NCBI GenBank assembly: GCA_965287045.1
Contig: OZ336879.1
Coordinates: 84,444,001-84,508,000, forward strand
DNA: 64,000 bases
Reading direction: 5' to 3'
From: Carcharhinus amblyrhynchos
Taxonomy: Eukaryota
The notes below the pieces were generated by a model. The model was not told where the DNA came from. It worked only from the letters and a program-made list of their open reading frames with translations, and ran no database searches. Position 1 is the stretch's first letter, and each line of letters opens with the position of its first letter. Below, one piece after another: positions 25,801-38,639 of this stretch. The position numbers and the translations under genes were made by a program.

Positions 25801-27029
25801 CCAATGACACCCAACTCCTCTGCATGGTTTTTATATCAGCCGATATTGTTAATAGTTCTGTCTTTATCTTCAAATGTTGCACCGTTCCCCTTCGAATCTA
25901 CTGTCATCAATGTTCTTGACAGAAAAAGACAGCCCTTTATGCTACCAAGAGCCCCCATTCCAATTTCCCTTTCCTCCCTATTGCCTCCTCAATTGCTGCT
26001 CATATTTCCTGTAACTCCATGCTTGATTCCTGCCAATCAGTATTCTATCCCTGCCACATTCCCGAAATTGTTCTTATAAAAGTCACAAGAGATTATCTCT
26101 CTTCAACCTTCTCAGCTTGTCTTGCCTGGCCACACCATCCTTCTCCATTGCCTCTCTACTGGGAAGGATTGTTCTCAACTGGTTCCATTCTTACCTATCT
26201 GATTATAGCCAGAGGATTTCTTGCAATAGCTTCTCTTCTCACATCCAGACCATTATCTTTAGGGTCTCCCAACAATTTATCTTAGGCCCCATTTATATTT
26301 CTTATCTACATTTTGTCTCTCAGGGATTTCATCCTAAAGGACAGGGTTAGTTTTCACATGGATGCTGATGAAACCCAGCTTGACCTTACCTTCACCTCTC
26401 CTGATTCCCCCACTAAATTATCAGACTGCTTATCCAAATCTCATACTGCATGAGCAAAAATACCCTCCAATTAACTATTGGAAAGGTTGAAGCAATTGCT
26501 TTTTGGTTGCTGTTTCCTCAGTGGCTGTTTCCTGCCTATCTCTGTAATCTCCTCCAGCCTCATAAGCCTCTGAGAAATACTTGGTAATACTGGGGCTTCT
26601 TGAGCATCCCTTATTTTAACTGGCCCAAGGTTGGTGGCCACACCTTCAGCTGCTGAGGCCCAATTCCCTCCCTACTCTTCTTCACCTTTCTACTTTACTT
26701 TCCTTTATAAGACACTCCTGACAACCTACCTCTTTCACCAAGCTGTTGATCATCTGAACTAATATCTTCTTATGTGATTTGGTGGCATATTTTGTTTTAC
26801 AATCCTCCAGTGAAGCACCTTGGGACATTTTATTGTGTGAAAAGTGCTGTTCAAGTGTTGGCTTGTTTTAATATATGCATGTTGGACCCTAATATCAACG
26901 CGAACTACTGAAGTGAATCTGGACCGGATCAGACCCACAGATGTTAGTTTAAATAAAAATGGTTTACTTTCTTTTTAGGTCTGGATTGAGGAGGAGTGAT
27001 TCCCCAAGCCCAATGATGAAAGCTAATGC

Positions 27030-27800
27030 CACTCCCTTGATGGAATACTGTCCATCTGCCTGAGAGCTCCATCAGCACTCAAGAATGTCAACACCATCTG
27101 GGGCAAGGCAGCCATTTTACAAGATGCACAGCAGTCAGTCGACAAGCCATCTTCAACAGCAGCTTCCAAACCGACAACCCTTACCACCTGGAAGGACAAA
27201 GGTCACAGGCCATCATTTGTAATATTCCCTTCAAGGTACACACCGTCCGGACTTGCAATTATATTGCCATTCTTACATTCTTAATTAGTCTCCTGTGTGG
27301 GACCTTGTCAAAAACCTCGCTGAAGCCTCATTCCAAACAGCAATGCTAATTCCGCCATCCCGCTCTCTCATTGCCCAGCACAGGGGCTAACTTAAGCCAA
27401 CTTCCATCCCGTCTAACATTCTCCTCCCACCACCTACTCTTTGGACTCTGTCAGCTCTGACCACTCATCTACTCATCTCCAACCAGAATGTCCATTCCCT
27501 TCTGATCAAGACCCTTGCCATCCATGAACGTATTGTGGATAATTGTATAGACATCACGGCCTTACCAAACACCTACCCGAGGGGTGATAACACCATCCTG
27601 ACTTGCAATTATATTGCCACTCCTTTGCTGTCATTGGCTCAAAATCCTGGGGCTCCCTTCCGAGCAGCACTGTGGTTGTCCCTGCCTCTTGAAATGGTTT
27701 AAGAAGGTCACTCTTCACCGATTTCTGAAGTACAGAAAGGGATGGGAAAGGAATTCTGGCCTTGTCCAGCATTGCTCACGTCCAATGATCAAATTTTTAA
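27030..27800 (+). mobile_element. 3' fragment of an old LINE interrupted by a 350-bp insertion
   Basis: The tail (agggatggg...ctggcct...ccagc...cac.tcc) is shared with 13470-13680(-), 8350-8580(-) and SINE tails at 38160-38225 and 42120-42183. Confidence 0.6.
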
Positions 27801-28356
27801 AAACGGCCTGCTGAGATGTTCTCTTCATCTTGGTTCCTTGCAGTGATCCTGTCGATCCTGCCACAGTCCTGCTGTCGGTGATTAACTATCACTTCCACCA
27901 TTTTCCACCCGTTCTGGGTGGGAGGTCAGCCAGTGGGATTTTAACGAGGCTTAATCGTTAAAATCACTTCATGGACTTCACATCGAGTGGGTGAAAAATT
28001 AACCAGGCAGCGTGGTTTCATGCTGGAAACTCAGTGATACTGACATTCCACACCACTGAGTTCATCTTGGTTCAATACTTTGCTTGCAGTTCTTTTTAAT
28101 ATTGTACAACCCTCTCCTCACTGATGTCAGCTTGCTTATTTGATGGAGATGTCATTGCTCAGATTGAAATTGTTATCTTCTCACACATGCTTGCTGGAAG
28201 AGAAGTTGTGGTTGTGTGTTGAAAATTGTCAATCTCCAGCATGTTCATTGTACATTAGTTATAGGCTGTGGGAATTAACTTGTGCCTCTGTGAAAAGGAA
28301 CAGACAGAAACAGTGATTGCATGCCTGGATTGTGCCTTTCTATAAATAAATACATT
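27272..28356 (-). repeat. Right arm (high-identity part) of a long inverted duplication
   Basis: Manual alignment to 12911-14017 gives about 6 mismatches over ~690 bp of the core. Confidence 0.97.
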
Positions 28357-28407
28357 TTTATGTATTTCAATGCTGCCCTTCAACATTTGGCTTTCTGACA
28401 CGAGCAC

Positions 28408-28592
28408 TAAGTTAAGTTTATTTATTCGTCAGGCTTACGTTAAGACTGCAATGAAGTTACTGTGAAAATCCCCTCGTCACCACACTCTGGCGCCGTCTGT
28501 TCGACTACACTGAGAGAGAATTTAGCATGGCCAATGCACCTATCCAGCACGTCTGTGGGAAGAAACCCACGCAGACACAGGGAGAATGTGCT
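28408..28592 (-). mobile_element. HE1-type SINE 3' half (alternative tail)
   Basis: Homology to other copies; absent from the left arm of the duplication. Confidence 0.8.
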
Positions 28593-28694
28593 TCCTTGTT
28601 TTCATACTTGTTTACTAAAATATTAAAGTTATCCCCTTTCTCTATCTGATTATGTTCAGGTAAATAACCAGATGACATCTTTTTTCTGGATTAA

Positions 28695-29208
28695 ACATAG
28701 AACATAGAACACTACAGCACAAACAGGCCCTTCGACCCATGAGTTGCGCCAATCACATCAACACCTACCAATCTATAGACCTATCTATAACCCCCAATCC
28801 CATTAAACCCCATATACTCATCCAGAAGTCTTTTAAAAGACCCCAGCGAGTTCGCCTCCACCACCACTGACGGCAGCCGATTCCATTCACTCACCACCCT
28901 CTGAGTGAAAAACTTACCCCTAACATCACTTCTGTACTTCCCCCCCGCACCTTAAATCTGTGTCCTCTCGTAGCGACCATTTCAACCCGGGGAAATAGCC
29001 TCCGAGAATCCACCCTATCTATTCCTCTCAACATTTTATAAACTTCTATGAGGTCGCCTCTCAACCTTCGTCTCTCCAGGGAAAAGAGACCCAGCTCCCT
29101 CAACCTAACTTCATAAGGCATGCCTCCCAGTCCAGGCAACATCCTTGTAAATCTCCTCTGTACCCTTTCAATAGCTTCTACATCTTTCCTATAGTGAGGC
29201 AACCAGAA
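28695..29208 (-). mobile_element. CR1 LINE 3' fragment inserted in the right arm of the inverted duplication
   Basis: PHYRKDVEAIERVQRRFTRMLPG...GDLIEVYK and a (TTCTATG)n tail. The flanks are collinear with 10610-10690. Confidence 0.9.
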
Positions 29209-29502
29209 TTGTTCACACTATTTGGTTATTTCAGTTTGGATTAGGGATATATTTCATCCATAATTCATTCTCATCGAGCTCCAATATTTAACCAATAATT
29301 CTTTCAACTAAGTTTGAGTCAGCATTTTTATATCAATAAATCCTTCATTGCAGAATAGGATTACTGAGGCGTGTAGCACTGGTGGCTCAGTAGCTAGTGA
29401 CGCAATGTCATACTCATACCAGTTGCTTGAATCACTGACAGCCAGAGTCCATCTCGGTGGTCAATCCGATGACAACCCACCTGTGTGCTACTTCCGGGTG
29501 AC

Positions 29503-30065
29503 TGAACAAAGAACAAAGAGAAAGAAAAGTACAGCACAGGAACAGGCCATTCGGCCCTCCGAGCTTGTACCACTCACGATGCCCTAAATAAACTACAAAC
29601 TCCTGCCTTTACTTGGTCCTTATCCCTCTATTCCCTCCCTATTTCAGATGCCTCTTAAATGTTGCTAATGTGCCTGCTTCCACCACTTGCTTGGCAGAAC
29701 ATTCCAGGCACCAACCACTCCTTGCATGAAAAGCCTCCCCGGCACATCTCCCTTAAGCTTTCCCCCCCCTCACTTTGAACTTGTGCCCCCTTGTAATTGA
29801 CACTCCCACCCTGGGAAAAAGCCTCTGACTATCCACCCAATCTATACCGCTCATAATTTTGCAGACCTCCATCAGGTTTCCCTTCAGCCTCTGTCTTTCT
29901 AGTGAAAACAACCCTAGTTTATTCAACCTTTCCTTGTAGCCAATAACCCCGAGTCTAGGTAACATTCTTTGCACCCTCTCTAAAGCTTCCACATGCTTGG
30001 TAATGTGGTGACCAGAACTGCAAACAATACTCCAAATGCGGCCTAATCCAGATTTTACATAGCTG
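29503..30065 (-). mobile_element. CR1 LINE 3' fragment
   Basis: ALERVQRMLPRL...YKERLNKLGLFSLERQRL and a (TTCTTTG)n tail. Confidence 0.88.
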
Positions 30066-30913
30066 CAAATCAACCAAATCACTCTAACACACTGCAGCAA
30101 ACCTATTCAGTGGATTCTTTCTTTATGTTTCTCTTTGCTAAGGCCCTCTGCCATATAAGATAAAACATGATTTTTGCCCATTTAACTAGTTTTCAGTTAC
30201 ATCATTGTTGATCTCCATGCTTTCTTCAGATGTCTACCAGTTAGGATCCCCTTTTGAAGATCCCACTTGAAGTTCCTTAGCCAGTTTAACTCCACTATTT
30301 TTTAAATCCAGCACCATTATCAATCTCCAAAACTGGGACATTGAGGTATAGCTTAAATCACTTTTCAGAACTAAGAATGCTGTGACTAAATTAACCATCA
30401 TGCTTTGCATTTTGAGCCCACAGTGCAGTTCAATAATGTTCTTCATAAATCTTTGATCTGGGTTCAGGACAATTGTGGCAAAGCTAGATTTAGTGTGGCT
30501 ATACTGGAAGCTTTTACTTTGTTGAATAGTAGGGGTGGACACAGCCTCTTTTGATCTCAAAGTCCAGATGAACTCACGGCTGCCATTTTCAATGAGGGAT
30601 CAAAAACAAACATAAGACCAGAGTAGGCCAATATTCAGCCCACTGAGCATGTTCCAGCATTCAATTAGATCCTGGCACCCGAACAGGAGCCAGAATGTGG
30701 CAACTAGGGGATTTTCACACGAAGTGAGAACCTCATTGCAGCCTACTTGTGACACTAATAAATAAACTTAATCTTAAAAACCCCAACTTGATTCATTAGA
30801 AAAGACTCACCCTGATTCTCTTTGATCAGCTCATATTTGTTAAAGTGCTCAGTTACTTGTCTTTGTTCATAGATTCCACAAGTGATGTTCAAGTGATAGG
30901 CCCAAAGTTATTA

Positions 30914-31998
30914 AGAACATAAGAACATAAGAAATAGGAGCAGGAGTAGGCCATCTAGCCCTTCGAGCCTGCCCCGCCATTCAATAAGATCATGGCTGAT
31001 CTGTTGTGGCTCAGTTCCACTTTCCCGCCCTCTCCCCATAACCCTTAATCCCCTCTCTTATCAAAAACCCATCAACCCGCTTCTTAAAAATATTTAGCGA
31101 GGCAGCCTCCACCACTTCAACGGGCAGAGAATTCCAGAGATTCACCACCCTTTGAGTGAAGAAGTTCCTCCTCAACTCCGTTCTAAACCGCCCCCCTTTT
31201 ATCTTGAGGCTGTGCCCCCTAGTCCTACTGTCTTTTTTGAGTGGGAAGAGTCTTTCCACCTCTATCCTATCCATCCCATTCATCATCTTATACGTCTCAA
31301 TGAGATCTCCCCTCATTCTTCTAAACTCTAGCGAGTACAAGCCTAGTTTATTCAGCCTCTCCTCATAGCTCAACCCCCTCAACTCCGGTATCAGCCTAGT
31401 AAACCTCCTCTGCACTCCCTCCAGGGCCAAAATATCCTTGCGCAGGTGCGGCGCCCAAAACTGCACACAGTACTCCAGCTGCAGCCTCACCAATGCCCTA
31501 TACAGCTGCAGCAAGACCTCCCTACTTTTATATTCAATCCCCCTCGCTATGAAGGCCAGCATCCCATTCGCCTTCCTGACCACCTGCTGCACCTGCAAGC
31601 TGGGTTTTTGCGACTCATGCACAAGGACCCCGAGGTCCCTCTGCACCGCCGCCTGCTGCAGTTTTTCGCCACGTAAGTAATAGTCCTTCCTACCATTCTT
31701 CCTACCAAAGTGGACCACCTCACACTTGCCAACATTAAATTCCATTTGCCATTTCCTGGCCCATTCGCCCAGCCTATCTAGATCCTTCTGCAGACTCTCC
31801 ACACCCTCCGCACAATTTGCCTTTCCCCCAATCTTGGTGTCATCAGCAAATTTCGACACCCTGCACTCGGTTCCCTCCTCCAGATCATCTATATAAATGG
31901 TAAATAGCTGAGGCCCCAGCACCGACCCCTGGGGCACCCCACTAGTCACCAACCGCCAATCTGAATAGCACCCATTGACCCCCACTCTCTGCCTCCTA
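30914..31998 (-). mobile_element. Young 5'-truncated CR1 LINE (RT C-terminal ORF intact to stop)
   Basis: ORF 31011-32090 contains SGVPQGSVLGP, SKFADDTKIGG, LEYCVQFW and RRMRGDLIETYK; (TTCTTATG)n tail at the left end. Confidence 0.96.
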
Positions 31999-32759
31999 TT
32001 TATCTTGTTCCTCCTTTCCCTGCAGCTTAAATAATGGCACAATGTTGTAATTTTCCAATCTGAAAACATTGAAAAGTCATGACTTAACATATCTGCAATT
32101 CCCTTGTTTAATACATTTAATATTTATGGGGTGGATGTCAGCAGACCATGGAGATTTGACTGTGGACTTGTTGCATTCTTACTTTTCAAAAAATATTTGC
32201 TGTTAGCTTTCCTCTTATGTACCCTTTTTGACCCTCTTATTGTTTTCTCTATGTTGCTCTTTACAGTTCTCCCAGTTTTCTTCCACTTTTCATAGCATTT
32301 TCTTCTAGCTTGATACTGGCTGGATTTCTCCAGACGTTCACACCCCACTGCCTCTGCCAGCAAGGACAGAGAATCTGGTGCTCTGCCAATTTCCATGCAC
32401 TGCAGTGGGACAGAGGAATCCCAGCTGTGACTGAGGTCGGAGAATCCGGCCCACTGTCACTTACATCACAGTTTTCTCTAATGATACAATGGCAACCTTC
32501 ACCTTTTGGATCACAATTGCTGGGAAGTCTTTACTGTTAAGAGCGCAGCTGATGTTAAATGCTCGGGTAATCCAAGTCTCAGCAAGGAACTTTGGAATAT
32601 CTGCCCTCAATTGTACTGCAACTTGGCATAATGTGAGGAAAGACATGAAGGCCAATCCCAGATGTTTTTGTGATGATTTTAAACAAAAATGAATGTTTAT
32701 TAAACAATAAAACACAAAGAATGTCAACTTAAATACATTAATGACTATACATGGAATCT

Positions 32760-33150
32760 TTCATAAGTTCACAAGTTCATAAGATATTGGAGCAGAATCA
32801 GGCCATTCGGCCCATCGAGTCTGCTCTGCCATTTGATCATAGCTGATGTGCTCCTCATCTCTATTTTCCTGTCTTCTCCCCATAACGGTTCAACCCATTG
32901 CCAATTAAAAATCTTTCTAATTCCTCTTTAAATTTACTCACTGTCCCAGCATCCACCATACCTTGGCTAGTGAATTCCATGGATTCACAACCCTTTGGGA
33001 GAGGTAGTTTCTCCTCAACTCTGTTTTAAATTTGCTACCCCTTATCCTAAGACTATGACCTCTCGTCCTAGAATGCCCCACAAGAGGAAGCACCTGCTCC
33101 ATGTCTACTTTATCCACATCTTTTATTATCTTGTACACCTACCTCAATTT
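32760..33150 (-). mobile_element. CR1 LINE 3' fragment
   Basis: YKII...SRTRGHSLRIRG...QRVVNPWNSL motif. Confidence 0.85.
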
Positions 33151-34243
33151 GATCTCCCCCTTTTAAATGTACCTGGTTCATAAACATTGTATTTCCTAAC
33201 CTCAGAGCCAAATGTCCCCAAATAACATCCTATAGGTTTTAAAAACTATAAGCAAAATCTAGTAATAGTTACCACACTTGACATCTATATCTTTTATAGT
33301 TGCTTCTGACTTAGGATAGAGATAACTTGATTTCTCAAACCGGATTTCTCCAGGCACAGCTTGTTGGGAGTGAACACAGCTTGCTGCTTTGGGCTGCAGT
33401 CCCAAAACCCTTGCTTAGGCTGAAGCTGCTATTGATATGCTGTTTGTTCTTGTAATCCTCTCTTACCTAAACTAACCTTCTCAGAAGTTACTCTTAATTA
33501 CATGAATTTACGTTTTAGATTGCAAATGCGAAATTCACCCCCATCTTCTCTTAACTTTTACCAATTGTACTTTAACTTTTGATGCTCTATTCTGAATTGT
33601 TATCAACTTGTCTGAGATAAACACTTGTTTACAGTGTTGCTAGGCGAATCAGCATTTCAAAACACTAGTTCCAGTAACCCAGCCACCCTGTCTTTTCTAC
33701 AATTTTAAAATAACTTGTTTTTCTTTAACCATACGTCTACCAGAACACATTCCCAATTATTGGGTTCTTAATTTTTTTCCATTTTATCACAATTTTCTAA
33801 CAGTACACAACATCGACTGGAAGCTTGCATGCTCCGCTGTTTCTGAACTTTCCCAATAGTTCTTCCCCTGCCTTTATGGAAATGATTTGCTTTGCCTGCT
33901 GTAATCATGGGCTGCTCATGTGTGTTTTGGATGGGTGGGGGGGATATTAAAAAGTGTGGTTGCACACCCCTGCACCTTTCCGCTCACAGATGAGCTCACT
34001 CACATAATGCGGAAGGCGGGCACCAAAATCGATGTTTCTGAGGATGGGAGCAAACCATCCAACCCTACCCCCCCCGGCCCCATGCCCCCATCCCCCTACC
34101 CCCCTGTGTCTCCCTCCCCCAACAATATTGTTCAGCCCCATGTCTTTTACCAATATGATGTTCCCTTTTCCCAGTTTATTTATCTTTACTGAAAATCGTA
34201 TAGTCTAGAGTATCTAACTAGAATGTGTAGCTAGACGGTCTAG

Positions 34244-34553
34244 AGGGTGGTACAATGGCTAGCACTGCTGCTTCACAATGCCAGGGCCCCAGGTTTGATT
34301 CCGGCCTTGGGTCACTGTCTGTGTGGAATTTGCACATTCTTCCCGTGACCACATGGGTTTCCTCTGGGTGCTCCAGTTTCCTCCCACAGTCCAAAAGTGT
34401 GTGGGTTAGATGGATTGATCATGTTAAAATTACCCCTTGGTATCAGGGGGATTAGCAGGGTACATGTGTGGGATTATGGGCTTGTATGAGATTATTGCCA
34501 GTGCAGACTCGATGGACCAAATGTCCTCCTTCTGTACTGGAAGGATTCTATGA
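34244..34553 (+). mobile_element. HE1-type SINE (CR1-like tail)
   Basis: Head, body and gattctatga tail. Confidence 0.88.
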
Positions 34554-36277
34554 TTTTATAATAATCATTTCCACCTTGTAGCCAGCTTTCTGTAAAATTT
34601 TCACTGTCTTTCATGGGATGTTGCCCATTCCATATACTTATCTGGGAAAAAAAAGTCTCTCTTAAACTAAGTGGCTCAGTTATTTCAGAGGGCAGATAAG
34701 AGTTAACCACATTGCTGTGGGTCTGGAGTCAAGTGTAGGGCATGATGTGTAAGGATGACAGATTTCCTTCCCTAAAGGACATGAGTGAACAAGATGGATT
34801 TTTAAAGACAATTAGTGATAGTTTCATAGTCAGGATTACTGAAATGCAGCTTTCAACTCCAGATTCAATTAACTGAATTTAATGCAACCATCTGCCATGG
34901 TGTACCTCTGCATTGCTGCTCCAGTGATATCACTAATACACCACAAGAACAAGACTATTACGTTATGCATCTAACCCACTCCTTTTTGTATGCACTGAAG
35001 TATAAAACTTTTCTGGGGGTTTGTTCTGGCCTAGCTCAAGTTTTTGATGACCTCTTTTCTCAAGAGTTAGTCATCCTATTAACTGAAATCTCCAGATCTG
35101 TTGGAAATAAAAATATTTTTGGAAAATTGTTACAAAACTGTACATTATAGTCATGTAGATTACAAAGATTTTGAAGTCTGTGAATTTGAGCAGATTGAGG
35201 TATTGGCAGAGCCTTTTGAAAATGAGGCAAATACTCCTAATTATATAACATCTTAGCACATTGAAATATCACAAAGTGCGTGATACAGTGAATTAGTTTT
35301 TGAAGTGTGGTACTTATTATGTGGGCAAACATCACTTCAGTATAAGTTGAAAGTTTTGGCATGAATTTAACTGTTGTTCCCATGCTGTCTTAAGATGGTT
35401 GTTGAATCAATCTGATGCAGCTCTGCAGTTGATGGGACCACACACGCACACACCTTTCAGAGCCATATTTAAAGTTATTTACAATTGATAAAGATTTGAC
35501 CAGGGAGATGAGTTCAGATCCTCCAGTGCCCCTGCGTTCCTTCTCTAGCAGATCCCACACTGGTAGCTTGTTAAGGAAAGGAGAGCTCATTTACTCATCT
35601 GTACACATTACTGTAAAAAGAATTTGGATTTATTTTGAATCTTACCTTTTTGCATTATCACAACGTTGAACTCAAAATTCTTCCGAGTCTCCATCACATG
35701 AGGTCCAAATTGTGAAAGTCCTTTTTTCACTTCTTGTCATGCAGATCATTTTAAAACTCAAACTTAGCATTACCTAACTGTTATTTTTTCATTCTTTTCA
35801 CCTTTTTCTCCTACTTCTCTATTTTTATTCAATTTGGAACACAAATATAAAAACGCAGTAGCAAAGAAACTACCAGAGCCTGCACATTTGATAATGGTAT
35901 TAGATGTTTACTGGCAGACTGTGTTAGTATTATTGGACCATGGCATTACATTGTCTGGTTCAGGAATGTTCAATTAAAATAGGACGCCATTCTTAAGGCA
36001 TCTTTTGTGGTCCTGACTGGAAAATTACTTCAAAATTTGGTAATACACAAAGACCTTACCGACAAATACTAGCCCTGCCAGCATTACCCTAACAACCTCC
36101 TTCCACTGCCCATCACCAATATTCCCAACAGTAATCTCAGTCAGGTTTGCGGTAATTAGGATATTCGGTGGCTTCAGCACCTTCACTCTCCCAAAGAGAC
36201 GGAGAGCAGGGTTGGGGAATCAGTAAGAATTCCTGCTTTGATTTAGTATCCATTCTGGAAAGTGCAAATGTGTAAAC

Positions 36278-36342
36278 ACTAGTGTAGTTAGGATTAGGCT
36301 AAATTGCCATAGTCTATTTAGCCTAATCCTAACTACACTAGT
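36278..36342. repeat. Perfect inverted repeat: 27-bp arms, 11-nt loop
   Basis: ACTAGTGTAGTTAGGATTAGGCTAAAT-tgccatagtct-ATTTAGCCTAATCCTAACTACACTAGT. Confidence 0.97.
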
Positions 36343-37264
36343 TATACACTATGGTTGAACAGTACAGGAACAGCTACAAGTTACATCCTCTCTGACAGTG
36401 ACAGAGATACATACTATTAGTCCTCATCCTTTTCAATCTTTCTACAATCTTTAGCCTGGCCGACCACACCAATGTCCTTCAATGTCTCTTCACCATTGTC
36501 CACTTTCGATGGATTTGCTTTTGTCTAAGCTCTTCATGCCTTTCTGATCAAAGCCAAGGCATCTTTCACCCCCATACCATTATGTCCGCTTTCTAACCAA
36601 TGTGTGACTGCTTAAAGACATTGAAGCGGTGGGCTGGATTTTATGGGCCATCAATGGTGGGGAAAGCAAATGGGTAGACTCATAAAATAGAGCCCCAGTT
36701 TTATAAGCAATGGGGAGCCATATACCCTGGACCAATTGAGGCCTTTAAATGGGCAATTAATGTCTACTTAAAGACCTGATCCTACAGCAACTCCAAGTTA
36801 ATTGATGCCAAAAGAGGCTACTGATCAACATCCATCTTGGGTTGATCCTCACAGTCCCCAAAAAAGCCTCTGAAGCAAATTAGATTCTACCCTCCACAGT
36901 TTTCCCCCTTACACATTTACCCTTCATCAGCCCCACCCACCCCTGTTTCCCAACACTCTTGGCCTGCTCCGTCATGCAATTATGTCATGGCTGATCTTCT
37001 GGCCACCCTCTAATCCTCAATCCTTCATTACCTCCAGGTTAACCTCTGCTACCTGAACACCAACACACACCTAGGGCGAGGTTTTCCAGCTCCACCTGCC
37101 ACCATGACTGTCCGGCCATGCCGAAAGACAATGGACTTTTGGTTGGCTCACCACGTACCCCACCGCCCCGACCCCAATCTCACTCACCCCAGACCTTACT
37201 CACCTCCAATGGCTCTGGGTCCCTGGACATCACCAATACAAGTGGAACCAATCACCCATAAAAC

Positions 37265-37385
37265 ATTAGACAGGGGTCGTGGGTGGAGAGGGGGACTGGT
37301 GGTGTTGAGATGGTGGCGCAGGCTCGTTGGGCCGAAGGGCCTGTTTCCCGGGCTGATTTTGTTCTTTGTTCTTTGTTCTTTGTTC
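37265..37385 (+). mobile_element. CR1 3' tail
   Basis: gggccgaagggcctgtttcc followed by (TTGTTCT)n. A related copy lies on the minus strand at ~49560-49660. Confidence 0.7.
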
Positions 37386-37904
37386 ACTAAATCATCTGGA
37401 AGCTGGGAGACAAGGAGAGCAATTGGAAGGAGATTTGAGGGAAAACTGGGAGTAAAGAGTTCAAAAGGCAACTTGCTTTCAGTGATCATGTGCTCTGTAG
37501 TTCAAATGTTGGTACTTCAAGTGGAAACTCATTTGCTAAATTAAATAAACTGAACTGTTTTGTTGTATCCTTCAAAAGAGGGCATAAGAGATTGCCAGGA
37601 ATGGAATTTGAGAGCCGCAGAGATCAGCATGGAAGGAGCTCATTTCCTAAAAGAACATTGTCCTTACTGTATTGTTGAGAGACAAGAACTAAGCTAGCAG
37701 GCAGACCTGAACAGCATTAACAAGCAGCACTTGTATATCAATGCGTGTATCTCTTCCCACCCCCGCTGAAAGTATTGTCCCCGTGCTGGCGACCATGATA
37801 CCATTCTCAAATGGCAATATCCATCCTGAGCTTTGACAACAATTATCATTCAACTGCATGAGGCATCATTGGTAAGCTTAATTCTCATCTCATCTGGAGA
37901 GGGA

Positions 37905-38226
37905 GATGGTGGTGTAGTGGTAATATCACTAGGCTGGCAATCCAGAGACCCAAGCTAATGTTCTGGGAATATGGGTTCAAATCCCACCACGAAGCAGGAG
38001 TAGAAAACTAGTCTCAACGGTGAACCATGACAACGATCATCGATTGTCGTAAAGCTCACGTAGGGATGGAAATCTGCCATTCTTTACAGGTCTGGCCTAC
38101 ACGTGAATCCAGATCCACAGCAATGGGATTAACCCTTAAGTGCCCTCTGAAATGGCCTGGCAAGCCACTCAGGTCAAGGGCAAATGCCAGCAATGTTCAC
38201 ACGCCATGAAGGAATGAAAAAAAAAA
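37905..38226 (+). mobile_element. Second tRNA-derived SINE family
   Basis: A box ggtgtagtggt, B box ggttcaaatcc, LINE-shared tail ending gaatgaaaaaaaa. Other copies at 41850-42183, 52855-53197, 34650-34945(-) and 19430-19650(-). Confidence 0.7.
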
Positions 38227-38639
38227 TGGATCAGCAGACTTCCAGTAGGAATGGCTGCAACTGTTACAAGATATAACTGATTCCCCCTTTCCTAATAAAC
38301 AAGTGTTGAAACGAATCACACTCTTAATGCAGGACAGAGTACGGATGAAATCTGTCACCTCTTCAGTTTGTAAGGCACACAAAATAATCTTACTGAATTA
38401 TCTGTCAGCTAAATACATTTTCACTTGATTACCTCTGGGAGTCAAAAAAATATTCTTCCCCGCAAGCATCCACACAATGACTGATAAACACAGATGGATT
38501 ACCATTAAATAAAAACTCTGTCATAGGAGCCAGCCATTTCTACTAAAGTATTTATACCTCAGGTTCAAATTTAGTCTTAACTTTTTCAACATCATTCATA
38601 ATGTGCTCATGTTTCAACTGACTGGTTTTTGGCAAATTA

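Larger units (their letters stand above)
23900..26830 (+). mobile_element. Old L2-type LINE relic split by the CR1 at 24488-25800
   Basis: Decayed L2-like motifs (LNWFHSYLSDYSQRISCN, ADETQL) and a C/T-rich L2-like tail. The sequence cccactaaactgc | ...cacccaact resumes across the CR1. Confidence 0.6.

Noticed and set aside
14612-29208. Apparent inversion splitting one CR1 (left piece ends at YCMQF, right minus piece starts at QFW)
   Set aside because: Both flanks of the 28695-29208 CR1 are collinear with the paralogous 10610-10690 sequence, so it is a simple insertion. The matching truncation point looks coincidental.
31011-32090. 359-aa and 312-aa ORFs as host genes
   Set aside because: They are CR1 reverse-transcriptase fragments from 5'-truncated copies.
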